From the NCBI GenBank assembly GCA_964016885.1, contig OZ024743.1:264430001-264494000 (forward strand): a stretch of DNA of 64,000 nt, read 5' to 3'. The stretch's first letter is position 1. Every line of letters begins with the position of its first letter. The translations under genes were made by a program, and so were the position numbers. Below, one piece after another: positions 27,600-41,613 of the stretch. The DNA is from Eledone cirrhosa. Taxonomy: Eukaryota. Below the pieces are notes generated by a model. That model did not search any database and had not been told where the DNA came from. It saw nothing but the letters and a program-made list of their open reading frames with translations.

Positions 27600-27840
27600 T
27601 GTACTATGACACAATTCTCAGGGGGTTCAGTGTGACACCCTCTTTGACAAAGCCAGTCGTTCTAATTACAGGCACAATCCGTCGAACGGATTCTAAACAG
27701 TTCCTATCTAGTCAATTTCAACCACAAGTTTTGGACTGACATGTGGATATGTTAAATGACACATCCTCATGATACCAAGCAGTAAGATTTAACCTGGGAC
27801 CTAATGGTTGTAAAGCGAACTTCTTACCCATTGAGGCATG
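27600..27840 (-). mobile_element. Second SINE family, diverged
   Basis: Minus-strand head GGTAAGAAGTTCGCTTTACAACCATTAGGTCCCAGGTTAAATC resembles tRNA-derived octopus SINE heads. Confidence 0.5.
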
Positions 27841-28369
27841 TTTCGTTCACAACACCACAAGCAATTCAGAAGCAAAAAGTGGAGTTCAAAGATCTAAAGG
27901 GAGGATTGCGTATCTTGAAAGGTTAGTAGAGTGAGCACGAAAAAAAGTGTAACTGCACCTAGTATAGCTATTTATGTATGAATTCCTCCATAGTAATACT
28001 ATAGATTTTCTGAATTATTTTAAAGCAAAAAGCCATAAAAATAATAATAAATAAAACATGTTAACTCTCATACACCTACGTCTCTGCAGGCATATTATTT
28101 ACAAAAACAAACACATCTCTACTTACACACACATTTCTATATACACAGCGTATAGGTCGTGTCCTTGTACTATACGACATACTGCCTTGCAGTATCTCTA
28201 TTTCTCTACACAACCTTCAAAGACCGAAGTCATTTTTACTGTGTATACCTTTGTATTCGATAAAATAGAGAACCAGATAAGGATGGGTGATTATTAAAAC
28301 GGTGTTTGCTCATACTTTTGCATTTTTAGTTTTTTGGTGGTAGACGTGGTGTTATTTAACACGACGGAA

Positions 28370-28826
28370 AGTGGTCCACAACTTGCACTCGAGAGGTTTG
28401 ATGCCGAGTGTTGCATGGTTGGAATGAAAATCATTGCTACACATGGAAACAGAATTCAACTGAAGCAGGTGGTGCAGATCAAGTAACCCGAAGCCGTGTT
28501 CACAAGTGATGGATGACAGGGGGAGGAATAAAGTGCAATAATTGCAGGAGCTTGTGCATTAATACGCTAGCTTCAACATTCGGTAATCAGAAAAAGGGAG
28601 GTAGGTGTAAAAACAAAACTTTAATCTTCAATTAAGTATTCCTCTCAATCCACGAGCTTGGCTGGTCACACTTGGGAACTCAGCCGGCTCAGTTGGAAAC
28701 GGTTGCATCAGACAGATTCCACTGGAAGGAGTATTTAAGGGCTCTGCTACCACGTCCTTCTCAGAAATAAGTTTGCAAAGAAGAAGAAGAAAAAGATGAA
28801 GTAATAGTAGTAGTAGTAGTAGTAGT

Positions 28827-28916
<90 letters not shown>

Positions 28917-29243
28917 GGTTAGTATGTGGTTAGAATGACTCAGAAAAGAATCAATAGACAGATATTATGGACAAAACCAACCGGCAAGAGACCCAGGGTT
29001 AGACCCCGAGCAAGATGATTGGATAACATCCATGATCTTCTGGTCACGCTTGGGGATCCAGCTGGATCAGTTGGAGACGATTGCTTCCGACAGAATACGT
29101 TGGAATGAATGTTTGAGGACTCTTTCCCCACGACCTTCCCAGGAATAAGTGGAAGAAGAAGAAGAAGAAGAAGAAGAAGAAGAAGAAGAAGAAGAAGAAG
29201 AAGAAGAAGAAGAAGAAGAAGAAGAAGAAGAAGAAGAAGAAGA
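28370..29243 (+). pseudogene. RTE-like LINE 3' fragment with (GAA)n tail, interrupted by (AGT)n/(AGC)n
   Basis: LALERFDAEC..GMKI and VFTSDG remnants near 28380-28515; KPTGKRPR.RPRAR.LDNI at about 28972-29030; GAA tail 29152-29243. Confidence 0.6.
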
Positions 29244-31574
29244 CATATAATGTTACAAGTGTATTGAATTGATAAGTTATGATAGTCATTTTTTTCAAAA
29301 TATTAACGGTATAAATATTCGTTGTTTAGCATCAAGTCACCTCTAATTGACCACTCCTGTGATGAACAGTTTTCAGCTATCAGCATCCTGCTTTGTAATT
29401 TTACAACAGGTATATTATCCAATGTGCCCCTCATTTTTCAAATACTGTAGTGTGTAATCTGAGGTTCATTTGGCTGTTGCTCTTTGCAAGTTAAACGATC
29501 ACTTGAGAGAGATTTTTCAAAGATCCATGCAGTACACGCGAAACGAACTTGCCTGAAAATATACATTTGTTTTCTTTTAATTATGCAGTATATACCGACC
29601 AGCATTCTGGGAACACCAATATAATTCTGCATTCAAACCCCACAAAAGATGGATTTTCTTTAATTCTCACCAGTGTTACTTCACAATTGACATGCTAGAT
29701 AGTTTTAATAAAGATGGACTTGTTATGGATCGAATGAACTTACACATAGCTATGCTCATTCGTGGTTTTGAACGCAGATTGATAAATACCGTAACTATGT
29801 GCTGCAGTGTGGTTTTGACAATAAGAAATGAAACCTGCATCCCGCACTCGGGATTCCAGAAGTTTACCACCAACCTATGTGGGTCAACGTTGATTAAACA
29901 AGCCTCGTTGGAAAATAAACAAATATATCGTCATTGATTTTTTTCTCCATGCACATTTATTACTTCCTTTTATATTCCCTGGATATATATCTGTTTTGTT
30001 TAACATTAGTTTGAAAGATCTGTTTGAATGTTGTATCAAGACAATTCTCTGACATATTTTCTCCATTGTCTCCCAAGAGAAACCAACAGTTGAGCAGAAG
30101 AGACAAATTGCCGCGCAAAGAAAGCTAGAAGGATTAAACAACGATTATGTTTGCTAGCTGTTAAACACAAATGGAAGACGATAATTTAGTCCCTCTAATT
30201 CTGTATTAATTTACATCATATAAATGTTCAACAAAACACAAAGATATTCCTTATCACGTTTTCTATTCTTAAACAGTTGCAAAACAAAACCAGTTTAGAC
30301 AACATGTTACTTTTTTTGTTCTTTTTTACTTCTTTGATGTCACACAATAATTTCCTAGCTAAAACGCAACCATATTTGTTTATCTTGATTCTGTAGCTTG
30401 TCGCTTTATTTTTGTTACATTTTTGCCAATAGCCAATAGTTTTGGTGATTTCGATATTGACTACATTAATTACTAGTAAAATAACAAAACGTTAATAGCT
30501 TGTGATAAATACTTCTAGAAATATTACACAGATTTCGATAAAACACGAAATAATGTGTAATAAGTAGTATATGATGTTGCAAGATGACGAGAAAATAGTG
30601 GACATTTCAGACATTAGAATCTTCGTAATTTTGCAAAGAATTATATTGATGAGATGTGATTGATGATAATCATTTGAATACCTCTTTAATTCTCTGCAAT
30701 CGACTATGCCTGTTATTAAACAGTGTTTTTAAGCTACCTGATATTTTATCATAGTACATTTTCTTTTCGTGTATCTCGATAGTTCACACGGTCTTGATTC
30801 GACTTTGAAATGGCAGAGAAAGTTAATAATATTAACTCGAATGTAGTATATACTTGTTGAATATAGTGAATGCAGTGGCCACTGAGTTTGATATTCAGAA
30901 GTAGAATGTTAACAGAACCTGATACACACACACGCACACACACATATATATATATACACACACACACACACATATATATATATATGAGAATTAGCCGACG
31001 AAACGGCTTGAGCTCAGCCGTCGGGGTCCTACTCGTTCCTATATATATATATATATATATATATAATGCGAGAGAGAGAAAATATAACATATGTGTGTGT
31101 GTGCAATCGCAACATTTGAACTTGTGAGTTTTCTCAAATGCAGAAAATAAAAATAAAAACAGTTCATTGCTATATTTCAGAAAATTTGGCGACTTATATT
31201 TAGAGACGGAAGAAATTTGGCAGATAATCTTACGAGGAATCGAACACAGTATCCAACAAATAAGAATTGTAATAATTGTTAACTTAACGTATTCGTATTA
31301 CCAGATATTTTAAAGATATAATTTATTATTCTGTTAGTTAAGCTAGTTGTGAATGTGGTGTTATGTTACCATTGTCGATCTAAAATTATATTTTAGCAAT
31401 CACAAAATGATTGAGAACATTCGTAACAAATAATTTCTGTGAAGCAGGGAATTTTAATTCATTAAGATTTTACCGTGGACGAAATTCCAGGCATTCCACA
31501 GTCGATCTTGTTCGCCATATTCATATCGTTGGTTTCTTTCTCAGAATATGTTGATTATACAAATATATAAAAAC

Positions 31575-31970
31575 AGACACGTGAAAGTGAAACATTGGCT
31601 GCTACCACCGGTAGCAGTTCACTGCCACACGTCACACCAGTTTGAGGCATAGAACGGAAACCTGTTGATAACGTGAGTCAACAGTTCGATCATCGAATAC
31701 TACAAACTTGCTTATTACGCAAGTAGGATTGTTGATTTCGGATTTTTAGAAACGTATCGGACGTATTGCATAATATCGTTCGATTTGGCCCAGGTCAGTT
31801 GTCTGACCTGATTGGTTTTTTCGTTGATTTGGTATTATGTGGTTAGGCTTCCTTGCCGCAATTTTCAATTTGTCAAGCTGTCCAGACGTATGTTCGATGC
31901 CTCAACCCGGTGTGACGTCTAGCAGTGAACTGCTACCGGTGGCAGCAGTCAATGTTTCACTGTCACGTGT
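31575..31970. repeat. ~65-bp inverted repeats around a ~270-bp spacer (MITE-like or foldback)
   Basis: ACACGTGAAAGTGAAACATTGGCTGCTACCACCGGTAGCAGTTCACTGC.. matches its reverse complement at about 31909-31970. Confidence 0.75.
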
Positions 31971-32384
31971 GTGTTTGTATTTATTTGTTTAGGGTTTATT
32001 TTACTGCTCATCCTTTATCTGAACTGTTATTACTTTACCTTTTATTTATATATATATAGATATTTGTGTATATTAATTTATTTTATTTTTTATTCTATTT
32101 TTAGAGTCGTATTCTTTTATTTTTTTACGTATTCACTACCTGCATCTCACTACCATCCTCATATTCCGTAATATTTATTTATATTTTTTTTCATCACATC
32201 GGTATATTTGTAAGGATTGGTTTTATTTTTGTATCTTTATTCTTTAACCCTTCTATTTTTTACTTTTGTATTCTTGTTGTGTGTCATTATGAGGTTGACT
32301 TTGCCTTTCATCCTTACGGGTCGATAAAATAAAGTACCAGTAATGCAGTGGGTAATTGCTGGCCTTGTGCCTAAAGTAGAAACA

Positions 32385-33792
32385 ATTATAAATGGTATGA
32401 CCAGTTCTTGGATTCTTCTTCCTTGGGTTGTCCTAAGTTGTTATATAAGTATTTTTATAGCTCGCTGTATGCCATTTTTTTATAAGTAGAGATGGGTATT
32501 TTTGTTTGAGCAAACAGAACTGAGAGAATTTTGGCTCAAACAAAAATACCCATCTCTACTTATAGAAAATTGCATACAGCGGGCTTTAAAAAATACCTAT
32601 ACAACAACTTAGGACAACCCAAGGAAGAAGAATCCTAGAACTGGTCATACCATTTATAATGACACACAACCCATGTCACCAGAATATCTTCAACACTGAC
32701 AAAGCAAACCTACCGACCATTGCTCAAAGTAATGAATTAAAAGGTTTAATCACAGACCGAGCTTTGATTCTTAGTAAAAGACAGCCGAAAAATGTGAAGC
32801 AATTACTAACAAAGGCAAAGTTTGACATTAACAAAAAAGACCAATCATTCACTATATCTAAATGCAATGATAGTCGATGTGGCACATGTCAGTTCATAGA
32901 TACTGGTCAATATATGAACACAAACACTGGAAAGATATTCCCAAATGCAAATATGAACTGCAAAAACAAAAATCTAGTTTGCTGCATTAAATGCCCGAAT
33001 TGTGAAGAACTATATGTCGGTCAAACTTGAAATGCACTATCGGAACGTGCACGGGTGCACCGACAGCAAATCAGAGACCCAAATGTCCGGCAGATACCCC
33101 TGAGTAACCATCTAGCAGCATGTGGTCAGAAAATATTTTTAATATTTCCATTCTACAAACTACACAGCCCAAGTGAAATCAAGAGAAAAATTAAAGAAAA
33201 TAATTTATTGATAAATTCCAACCCAAGCTAAATGAACAATAATAATGCTTAGGGGTATTACTTCTACTATGACTATGCCTACGACCATGTTGGATCCCAC
33301 CACTAGCAACAACAACCATGACAATAATAAAAGTGATGTTGATGTTGATGATTACTGAAGATTTTTTATAAAACCCTAGAAAATGCTATTTTCATCATTT
33401 CTAAAAATAGCAAAACAATTGATGCTTTGGATAGGGTTAAATAGAAGTCGTTAGACATGCTCAACCAACAGTGATGCCTAAACCTATCAGCTTTAGTAAT
33501 CTAGTGAAACCACACACCGATTGGTCGAAATACAATTTGCAAAACTTAGCATTCTGTAGCACCTTTTTACTGTATATAAGGCACAGTTTTTAGCCATCTC
33601 ATTACAGTTGAAAATTGCCAACTTGACTGAAACCACTGAATATAAACCTGAAGATTGCGAAAGCATGAAAGTACTTGTTCAATTAACATTTAACATTTAA
33701 TATTCAACCATACTATTTCATTATAATGTCATTATAATTTTAAATGATTGTAAATAAAACTAGTAAATCAAACAAAGTTGGAATTCCTTTTA

Positions 33793-33797
<5 letters not shown>
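32385..33797 (+). mobile_element. 5'-truncated PLE (Neptune-like C-terminus and GIY-YIG) with 5' foldback
   Basis: SKRQPKNVKQLL..CNDSRCGTC..IKCPNCEELYVGQT; 32385-32514 is the reverse complement of 32532-32660; HHR CTGAAGA-ttgc gaaa gcat-GAAA-gtac-TT at about 33644-33680. Confidence 0.88.
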
Positions 33798-33829
<32 letters not shown>

Positions 33830-35964
33830 TTTTTTACGGCAAAATTACAGGCACCAATAACACCTTCAACCTGAAATCGAGAGCCTACCCTCCTAAGGTA
33901 AGTGAAGATGCTCCTTTCGAGACGGACCTTCTTGACTTAGTCGCTAACAGTTCCTTTCGCAAACACTAACATCTTTCAAACTAAACTCAGAAATGATATT
34001 GAGAAATGTTGGTCTTCTAATAACACCTTCGTTCTTTAAGAGAAAACTAATAATATTTACGAAATCGACAACACCACTTTCCACCACCTGGCCCAAAACG
34101 CTATTAGTTCTAAATATAAGAAAGCTAACCCTATGGCCTACCACGATATTAATACAGAAGCCAAAGAACTTGTCGCCGAATTAAGGTAGATAAGAAGCTA
34201 CAATCTTTAGCTAAACGGAAGGCGTTCCTAACCGTGAAAGATCACAAAATAAACTTTACTTCTATCCGACATGTAGAATAAGAAACACGACACGCACAGA
34301 TATAAGACTAGTCAATAAGGCCATACTTAGAAACATAGTTAATACTATTAGGACCAAGTCCAACCTGCCCCAGTGGGAGGACAGCAACTCCGTAATTAAG
34401 TGGATTAACTCCGTAAAATCCAAAAAAGCGAATTTCACACAGTTTGACATTGTCGATTTTTACCCGTCGATATCAGAGACCCTGTTAAACAAAGCGCTGG
34501 ACTTCGCTACCACTTACACCACCGTCGATGGTTTAGACAGGGAAATACTCGCTCTCTGCCGGAAAACCCTCCTCTTCAACGACGGAGTAGCCTGGGCAAA
34601 GAAGTCTACAACTTCAGACCTATTCGACGTCTCCATGGGATCGTTTGACAGTGCTGACGTATGTGACTTGGTTGGCCTATTTATCTTAGACATATTACGT
34701 GTTAAATTGCCGGACTTCCACACGGGAATATACTGCGACGCTGGACTGACTTTATCGAGCCATAAAAGTTGGCACGACCTCGACCGGTTTAAAAAAGACT
34801 TAGATTCTACCTTTAATGAGTTAGGACTTAGGATAACAGTAGCTACCAAACTCTCTATCGTAGATTTCTTAGACATTAATTTAGACCTTAGCACACACAC
34901 CCACAGATCCTTGCATAAGCTAAACGAAAAACTCAATTATATTAACAAGGACTCATGCCACCCTCCCACTGTTTTTAGAAACTTCGTAAATAATATCAGT
35001 ACTAGAATCTCAAACCTCTCCTCTAATAAGCCTATCTTTGACAGGGTGGCACCCTACTATAACACGGCGTTAGCTAACAGCGACTTCTCGCAACCTATCA
35101 CTTACTCTCCCACTATCAACAACAGCAATAGGAAAAGTAAGCGCAACAATAGACAAACCATCTTGATCTCTCCTCCCTTCTCACTCAACGTTAAAACCAA
35201 TATATGAAAAAAATGTCTAGCCCTCTTTGATAGACACTTTCCCATAGCTCATAAATACCGCTCCATCTTTAACCGTCACAAAGTTAAACTAGTATACTCC
35301 TGCGCCAAGAACTTGAAGGCCCATATCACCAGCAGCCCTAGGAGCAACACCCACCAGGGTGCTCTTGCCGTAAGCCCGAAGCTTGCCAACTTCAACAGCA
35401 ATGCAACACACCAGCTGTAATTTATGAAGCTGTGGTCACTTCCGACCAAACCAACCACAGGCGGTCAAATCCTATGTGGGCATGGCGGAGGGCCGATTTA
35501 AGGAACGTTTCCTGAACCACAAGTCGACCTTTAGTTACCCGGACAGACGTTCATCCACGAAACTCACGAGCCACGTATGGTCCCTCAAGGACTGAGGTAT
35601 AGACTACTCCATTCAATGGAAATCCATCACTAAGTCCAAGCCATACGCAAGGGGAAATACGTCGTGCAACTTATGTATTGACGAACGAATAACTATTCTA
35701 AAGAGATTATGCAATAGTGATTGCCTAAACACGAGAATTAATTTTTCACACGTTATCCACACGTCACCAAACACCTATTAGGTAACTACAAAGCTCCGGA
35801 CAGAGTCATTGTAATTTTCTTATCAACTAAACACTTTTCGGACTTTCGCAGTTATCTCCCTTACACCTCTCGCACGCTTTCTAGCTTTGCTTGTGTGAAG
35901 TGACCGGTTTCTGCGCATGCGCGTTTATACGGTTGTCCTTCCTGTTTCTATAACCATGCCCATT

Positions 35965-36004
35965 CCGAGCTGAGGACACGCTAAGGTGAAACAATTGTTC
36001 TCGG
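35965..36004 (+). ncRNA. Type I hammerhead ribozyme
   Basis: ccgag-CTGAGGA-c ac gctaag gt-GAAA-caattg-TT^ctcgg; weak stem II. Confidence 0.75.
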
Positions 36005-36119
36005 TATGGTGAACTAACTGTTGTGTAACCACTTCTATATATATATATATCAACCTTGATGTGGATTTAACCCCAAAAACTCTTTCCGAGCTATATAAGG
36101 AACACTTGTGATTATTTAT

Positions 36120-36159
36120 GCCCTTGAGAAGCCCAACTGGGCGAAACGTACGTAGGTGC
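36120..36159 (+). ncRNA. Decayed hammerhead ribozyme
   Basis: cc-TTGAGAA-gccc aact gggc-GAAA-cgtacg-TA-gg. Confidence 0.55.
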
Positions 36160-36889
36160 TGTTTTAAATAAACATTTTTTAACGGTCTATTCTCCGATTT
36201 TTTACTTTCCCACGTATATATATCTATATATATATATATAAATATGATGGCGGCCCCCTTGTTATCGAGTATGGCCATAGCACGGTATACCATTATTAAT
36301 AATTATTAATTAATTCTATCGTGCAATGCCTGTGCGTGAAGATATTTTTTAAAGTGAGGAAAGAATGTGCACTGAGCCAATCGCACTCTCTGAGCGACGG
36401 TAGCTATAACCAGAAAATAAGAAAAGATCAACACCATCCGTAACCACCGAGCCGCAGATTTTATATCGGAGTTATCCCAGTTTCCTGAGTTGCATTCTCT
36501 TTGAAGAATGCCCTGACAAAGTGGTTTAACTGCGCAGTACTTGTGTATATACATATTTGCACAATTTCGGATGGCCGTTGACTCTTATGGGTTCTTCGCC
36601 ATTTGTCAGGAATGTATTAGGTTAACCCTTGAAATAGCAGGAAGAGGCTCTTAACGTTTCCCATGCTAGTCCTTCATCAATACCAAGAATGAGAAATAAG
36701 ATAGATTGGAGGGACCAGTGGGGTGGAATTAGAAAAAAATGTCTTTAGATAAAAATAACAGGTCCATTCATGTTGACCACCTTCACCACTTATCGTTTTG
36801 ACAGTAATCTTAAACCCTTTGGTACCAAACATTATGTGGTCAGTCATTCGTCTGTATGTGTAAGTATATATATATATAAACTCGTATAT

Positions 36890-38302
36890 AAACTCTTAGT
36901 ACGGCTGTTACTTAAATATAAGTATGTATACGTACATACATATATGTATACAGACGTACAGTAGTATGTATATACATACATGCACATATATATATATATA
37001 TATGTACGTATGGATTTACCGAACATTTATTATAATGCTCGGTGTTTTTCTAAACAAACATCCCAAATTAAGCCGTACAGTGTTTAGCAACCATAGTTGC
37101 CCTTTTGTTCAACACTGACACAGGAACGATGTACTAGTTTCAAGCTTATTAGCTATCGTCAGCACTGTTTACTTTCCTGTCAGATCGTTGAACGTCTGAA
37201 AGTATATACTTTCCTTATGTATATTAACAGCTGAACAGACTAATTTGCATATCGAGTGAGTTAATCGGCCGGGCGCACCGAAAACGATAAACGGAAAAAA
37301 TGAAACGAAATTTCATTTCTCACTCTTAGTACGGCTGTTACTTAAATATAAGTATGTATAGGTACACATATATATGTATACAGACGTACAGTAGTATGTA
37401 TATATGTACATACATACACACATACATATATATATGTATGTATGGATTTACCGAACATTTATTATAATGCTCGGTGTGATTGTAAACAAACATCCGGAAT
37501 TAAGCCGTACAGTGTTTAGCAACCATCGTTGCCCTTTTGTTTAACACTGACACAGGAACGATGTACTAGTTTCAAGCTTATTAGCTATCGTCAGCACCGT
37601 ATAACTTCCTGCCAGATGGTTGAACGTCTGAAAGTATATACTTTCCTTATGCTTATTAACGGCTGAGCAGCCTAATTTGCATATCGAGTGAGTTAATCGG
37701 CCGAGGGCACCGAAAATGATCTGGCAGGAACGTATACGGTGGTGACGATAACTAATAAGCTTGAAACTAGTACATCGAAACTAGTACATCGAAACTAGTA
37801 CATCGTTCCTTTGTCAGTGTTGAACATACTGCTGTACGTGTGTATACATATATGTATATACGTATACATACTTATATTTAAGTAACAGCTGTACTAAGAG
37901 TGAGAAATGAAATTTCGTATTATTTTTTCCGTTTATCGTTTTCGGTGCGCCCGGCCGATTAGCTCACTCGATATGCAAATTAGGCTGCTCAGCCGTTAAT
38001 ATGCATAAGGAAAGTATATAATTTAAGACGTTCAAACATCTGGCAGGAAGGAATAGGGTGCTGACGATAGCTAATAAGCTTGAAACTAGTACATCGTTCC
38101 TTTGTCAGTGTTGAACAAAAGGGCAACAATGGTTGCTAAACACTGTACGGCTTAATCCGGGATGTTTGTTTACAAACACACCAAGTATTATAATAAATGT
38201 TCGGTAAATCCATACGTACATATATATATGTGTGCATGTATGTATATATATACATACTTCTGTACGTCTGTATACATATATGTATGTACGTATACATACT
38301 TA

Positions 38303-38303
<1 letters not shown>
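36890..38303. mobile_element. Retrozyme-like family A, locus 2 (two minus units then two plus units)
   Basis: HHRs at 37126-37168(-), 37558-37600(-) (432 bp apart), 37736-37778(+, GTGACGA mutant) and 38057-38095(+); inversion at about 37719. Confidence 0.87.
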
Positions 38304-38400
<97 letters not shown>

Positions 38401-38426
38401 GATATAGATATATATATATATATAAC

Positions 38427-38471
<45 letters not shown>

Positions 38472-38552
38472 ATATATGTATATATATATGTATATATGTA
38501 TATATTTGTATATATATGTATATGTATATATGTATACATTTGTATATATATA

Positions 38553-38607
<55 letters not shown>

Positions 38608-40170
38608 AAAATGAGTTTTTTTTTAAATGAAAAGAAAGACGAAATGTCCTACACGAGTGAAAGTATAAGGAAAAAAGATGAAATCGAAAATGAAACTGGA
38701 ATCCATTTAAGAATATGTATTTGTTTCCTTTACCGGTTTCACAGTTCTTATACTTTTCAAAAGTCGAATTTAGATGGAGGGTTTGTGGTTTTTCACATTT
38801 CTGGTTGGTGTTCGAATGCTACTTCTGTTTTATGTGGTAAAAAGGTGCTCGAAATCCTAGGTGTTTTAGAAAAGTAATTTGGTTGGTTGATGACTGTCAC
38901 GTGAATGAGTCTAATAAATTTGGCGCCTATTCGTGTTACAGGTTTCTTATTGTATTTGCCTTTTAAAAAAGCGGCCAAGGGGCTCATATTGTTTTTCCAT
39001 ATATGAGTGAAATTAGTTATTCACGTGAATAAGCACATCAACTTTCGCGCCAGTTCGTGTTTGAGGGTTCTCTTGGCTTAAAAAAGTGGCTAAAAAAGTT
39101 GTTTTTTTACAAATGTAATTTGATTGGTCATGACTGTCACGTGAATAGGTACATTAAATTTCGATCCAATTCGTATGTGGGGGTTCTTTGTAGACGTTTA
39201 AAGAGTTTGTGTCAAACAAAAGATAATGGTCAAGGAAAAAAGGATGGGGGGAATTTTTCTGGTTTAGGGAGTATGGCTGATATGCTGAGATGTCCAAATT
39301 CAGACTTTCTATTGAAATAAAGAAAATAGAGTTGTATATTTTTATTTGTGTGGTGATGTGTGTGTGTGTCTGTGTAGGAAAATGATTCCATTAGTAGAAA
39401 TGTGGGGAGGGAGTTATGTGTGTGTGTGTATGGGTGTTATATGTGTGTGTATGTATGTGTGGGTATGCTTAGCATGTTAATGTGTTAGAGCAAAGGTTCT
39501 AAACGGGAGCATATGCCCCGCGGGGGTGTTTCGGAGCTCCAGGGGATGATTTGGGAGAAAGGGGGCGTTAGGGAGGGGCGTTTGAAGATTTGGGAGCGCT
39601 GGAAGCCCCTTTAGTTTTGAAGTTTGCTAAGTTTTATAAGTCATATTTGTACGTCTCCTAGACAGCTATTGTGAATGCATTTGAATGAAGAAAACGTAAA
39701 AAATAAATAAATGAATTCCCTAGGGAGATAAAAAAAACGAAAGAAATCAAAGAAAATGAACATAAGGATGTCAGCTTTAACAACAATTACAAGAACAACT
39801 TCAACAGAAATGACAACAAAAAGAAGCATTGTTGATGAAAGGTGTGGGTGTATATATATACATACATACGAACGTACACATACATGCATACGTACATACA
39901 TACATACATACATACATACATACATACATACACACACATACATATATAGACACACAGGCCTGCGTTAGTGTTTGATGCGGTTGAGACTCTGGTCAGCTTT
40001 CAGCTAGAGCTGTGGTATTTAATCTCCCTAGGTAATAAAATCTGGAGATAATTTTCACTGTACCAAAAAAAACCAACATAAATATAAATGCATAGCTATA
40101 TACATACGTAAATGTATGTATCTATATATGTATGTATATCTGTATGTATACATATATATCTATATATATC

Positions 40171-40215
<45 letters not shown>

Positions 40216-40217
40216 CT

Positions 40218-40273
<56 letters not shown>

Positions 40274-40375
40274 GTAAATCTATATACATACCTACATTTA
40301 CGTATGTATATAGCTATGCATTTATACATTTGTATATACATGCATTTATATTTAAGTGTTTAAGAATATATATAT

Positions 40376-41613
40376 ATTGTTATACATTGGGAGGGTCATG
40401 TTGCCAATAAGAAACACACGCACCATTTGCTTTCACTTCAATTTATTATATATTTATAAATTTATAAATTTACAAATCTACAAATTTATAAATTTCTGGT
40501 TGGTTGGTTGGTTCCACAACCAGATAGTTGTTTATATATAGTCATAGTCCTTTCGTCACACACTCTGTGACCTCTTAGGTGACTGGGGATTCCTTTCTTT
40601 GTTTCTGTGCCTTTCCTTCCTCCCTAGACCCCTAGAGGCGAACTAACCTACAAATTTAGAAGGGCCCTAAATAAACATAAACTCAATATTAAGATAGTAG
40701 AAAGACCAGGTACCTCCGTAAAACACTTATTAGCAAGACATACCCGTTCCAAAGACCCTCATGTATAGATAAGAAATGTATAACCTGTAAAATAAGCCCC
40801 CATATTAACTGTAAAACTAGAAATGTAGTGTATAGCATAAGATGTACTGAAGGACAATGTAGGAACAAAAATATAGTGTACATAGGTGAGACAGCTCGTA
40901 GTATAGGGGAACGGATAAATGAACACTGGCGAGACCTTCAAGATAATAAAGAATCATCTGTACTCTACCAACATGCTAAGATAGAACACAAGGGTAAATT
41001 AGAGAACATAGAAATAAAAATAGAATCTACACACAGAAAAGATGCAATGTTTAGACAAATTACAGAGGCAATAAACATAAAAGAATTACAACCAAAATTA
41101 AATAGAAAATATGAGTGGAACAGCAACATCACAACTTACAATTAAGGACAAAATGAAAACATACACACACATAGAACAAACAACCAACCAATAACATGTA
41201 AATAATTAAACAAATAGATAAATGAACACAAACACACACAGACACCCGGATGTGGCGCATGCGCAAACTGAGCACACAACACACACACATAAACAAAATG
41301 GCGTAGGACAGAAGAAAGGAAAGGCACAGAAACAAATAAAGGAATCCCCAGTCACTGAAGAGGTCACAGAGTGTGTGACGAAAGGACTATGACTATATAT
41401 AAACAACTATCTGGTTGTGGAACCAACCAACCAACCAGAAATTTATAAATTTGTAGATTTGTAAATTTATAAATTTATAAATATATAGTAAATTGAAGTG
41501 AAAGCAATTGGTGCGTGTGTTTCTTATTGGCAACATGACCCTCCCAAAGTATAACAATATCGGTTTCAACACACGATTTCAGATAAAGAATCTTGCTAAA
41601 CAAATTCAGAAAC

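Larger units (their letters stand above)
33836..36215 (+). mobile_element. Degraded PLE (RT plus GIY-YIG) with two 3' HHRs
   Basis: FDIVDFYPSIS, MGSFDSADVCDLVG, DFLDINLDL, YVGMAEGRFKERFLNH; HHR motifs at 35965 and 36120. Confidence 0.9.

Noticed and set aside
33000-33060. In-frame TGA in a PLE ORF as selenocysteine (as in Naiad PLEs)
   Set aside because: The sister copy has GGA at this codon (about 57747), so it is a point mutation; these elements also have a C-terminal endonuclease.
38197-38877. Long [12 protein letters not shown] ORFs here and throughout the ORF track
   Set aside because: Translations of (TA)n and (CA)n microsatellites, which lack stop codons.
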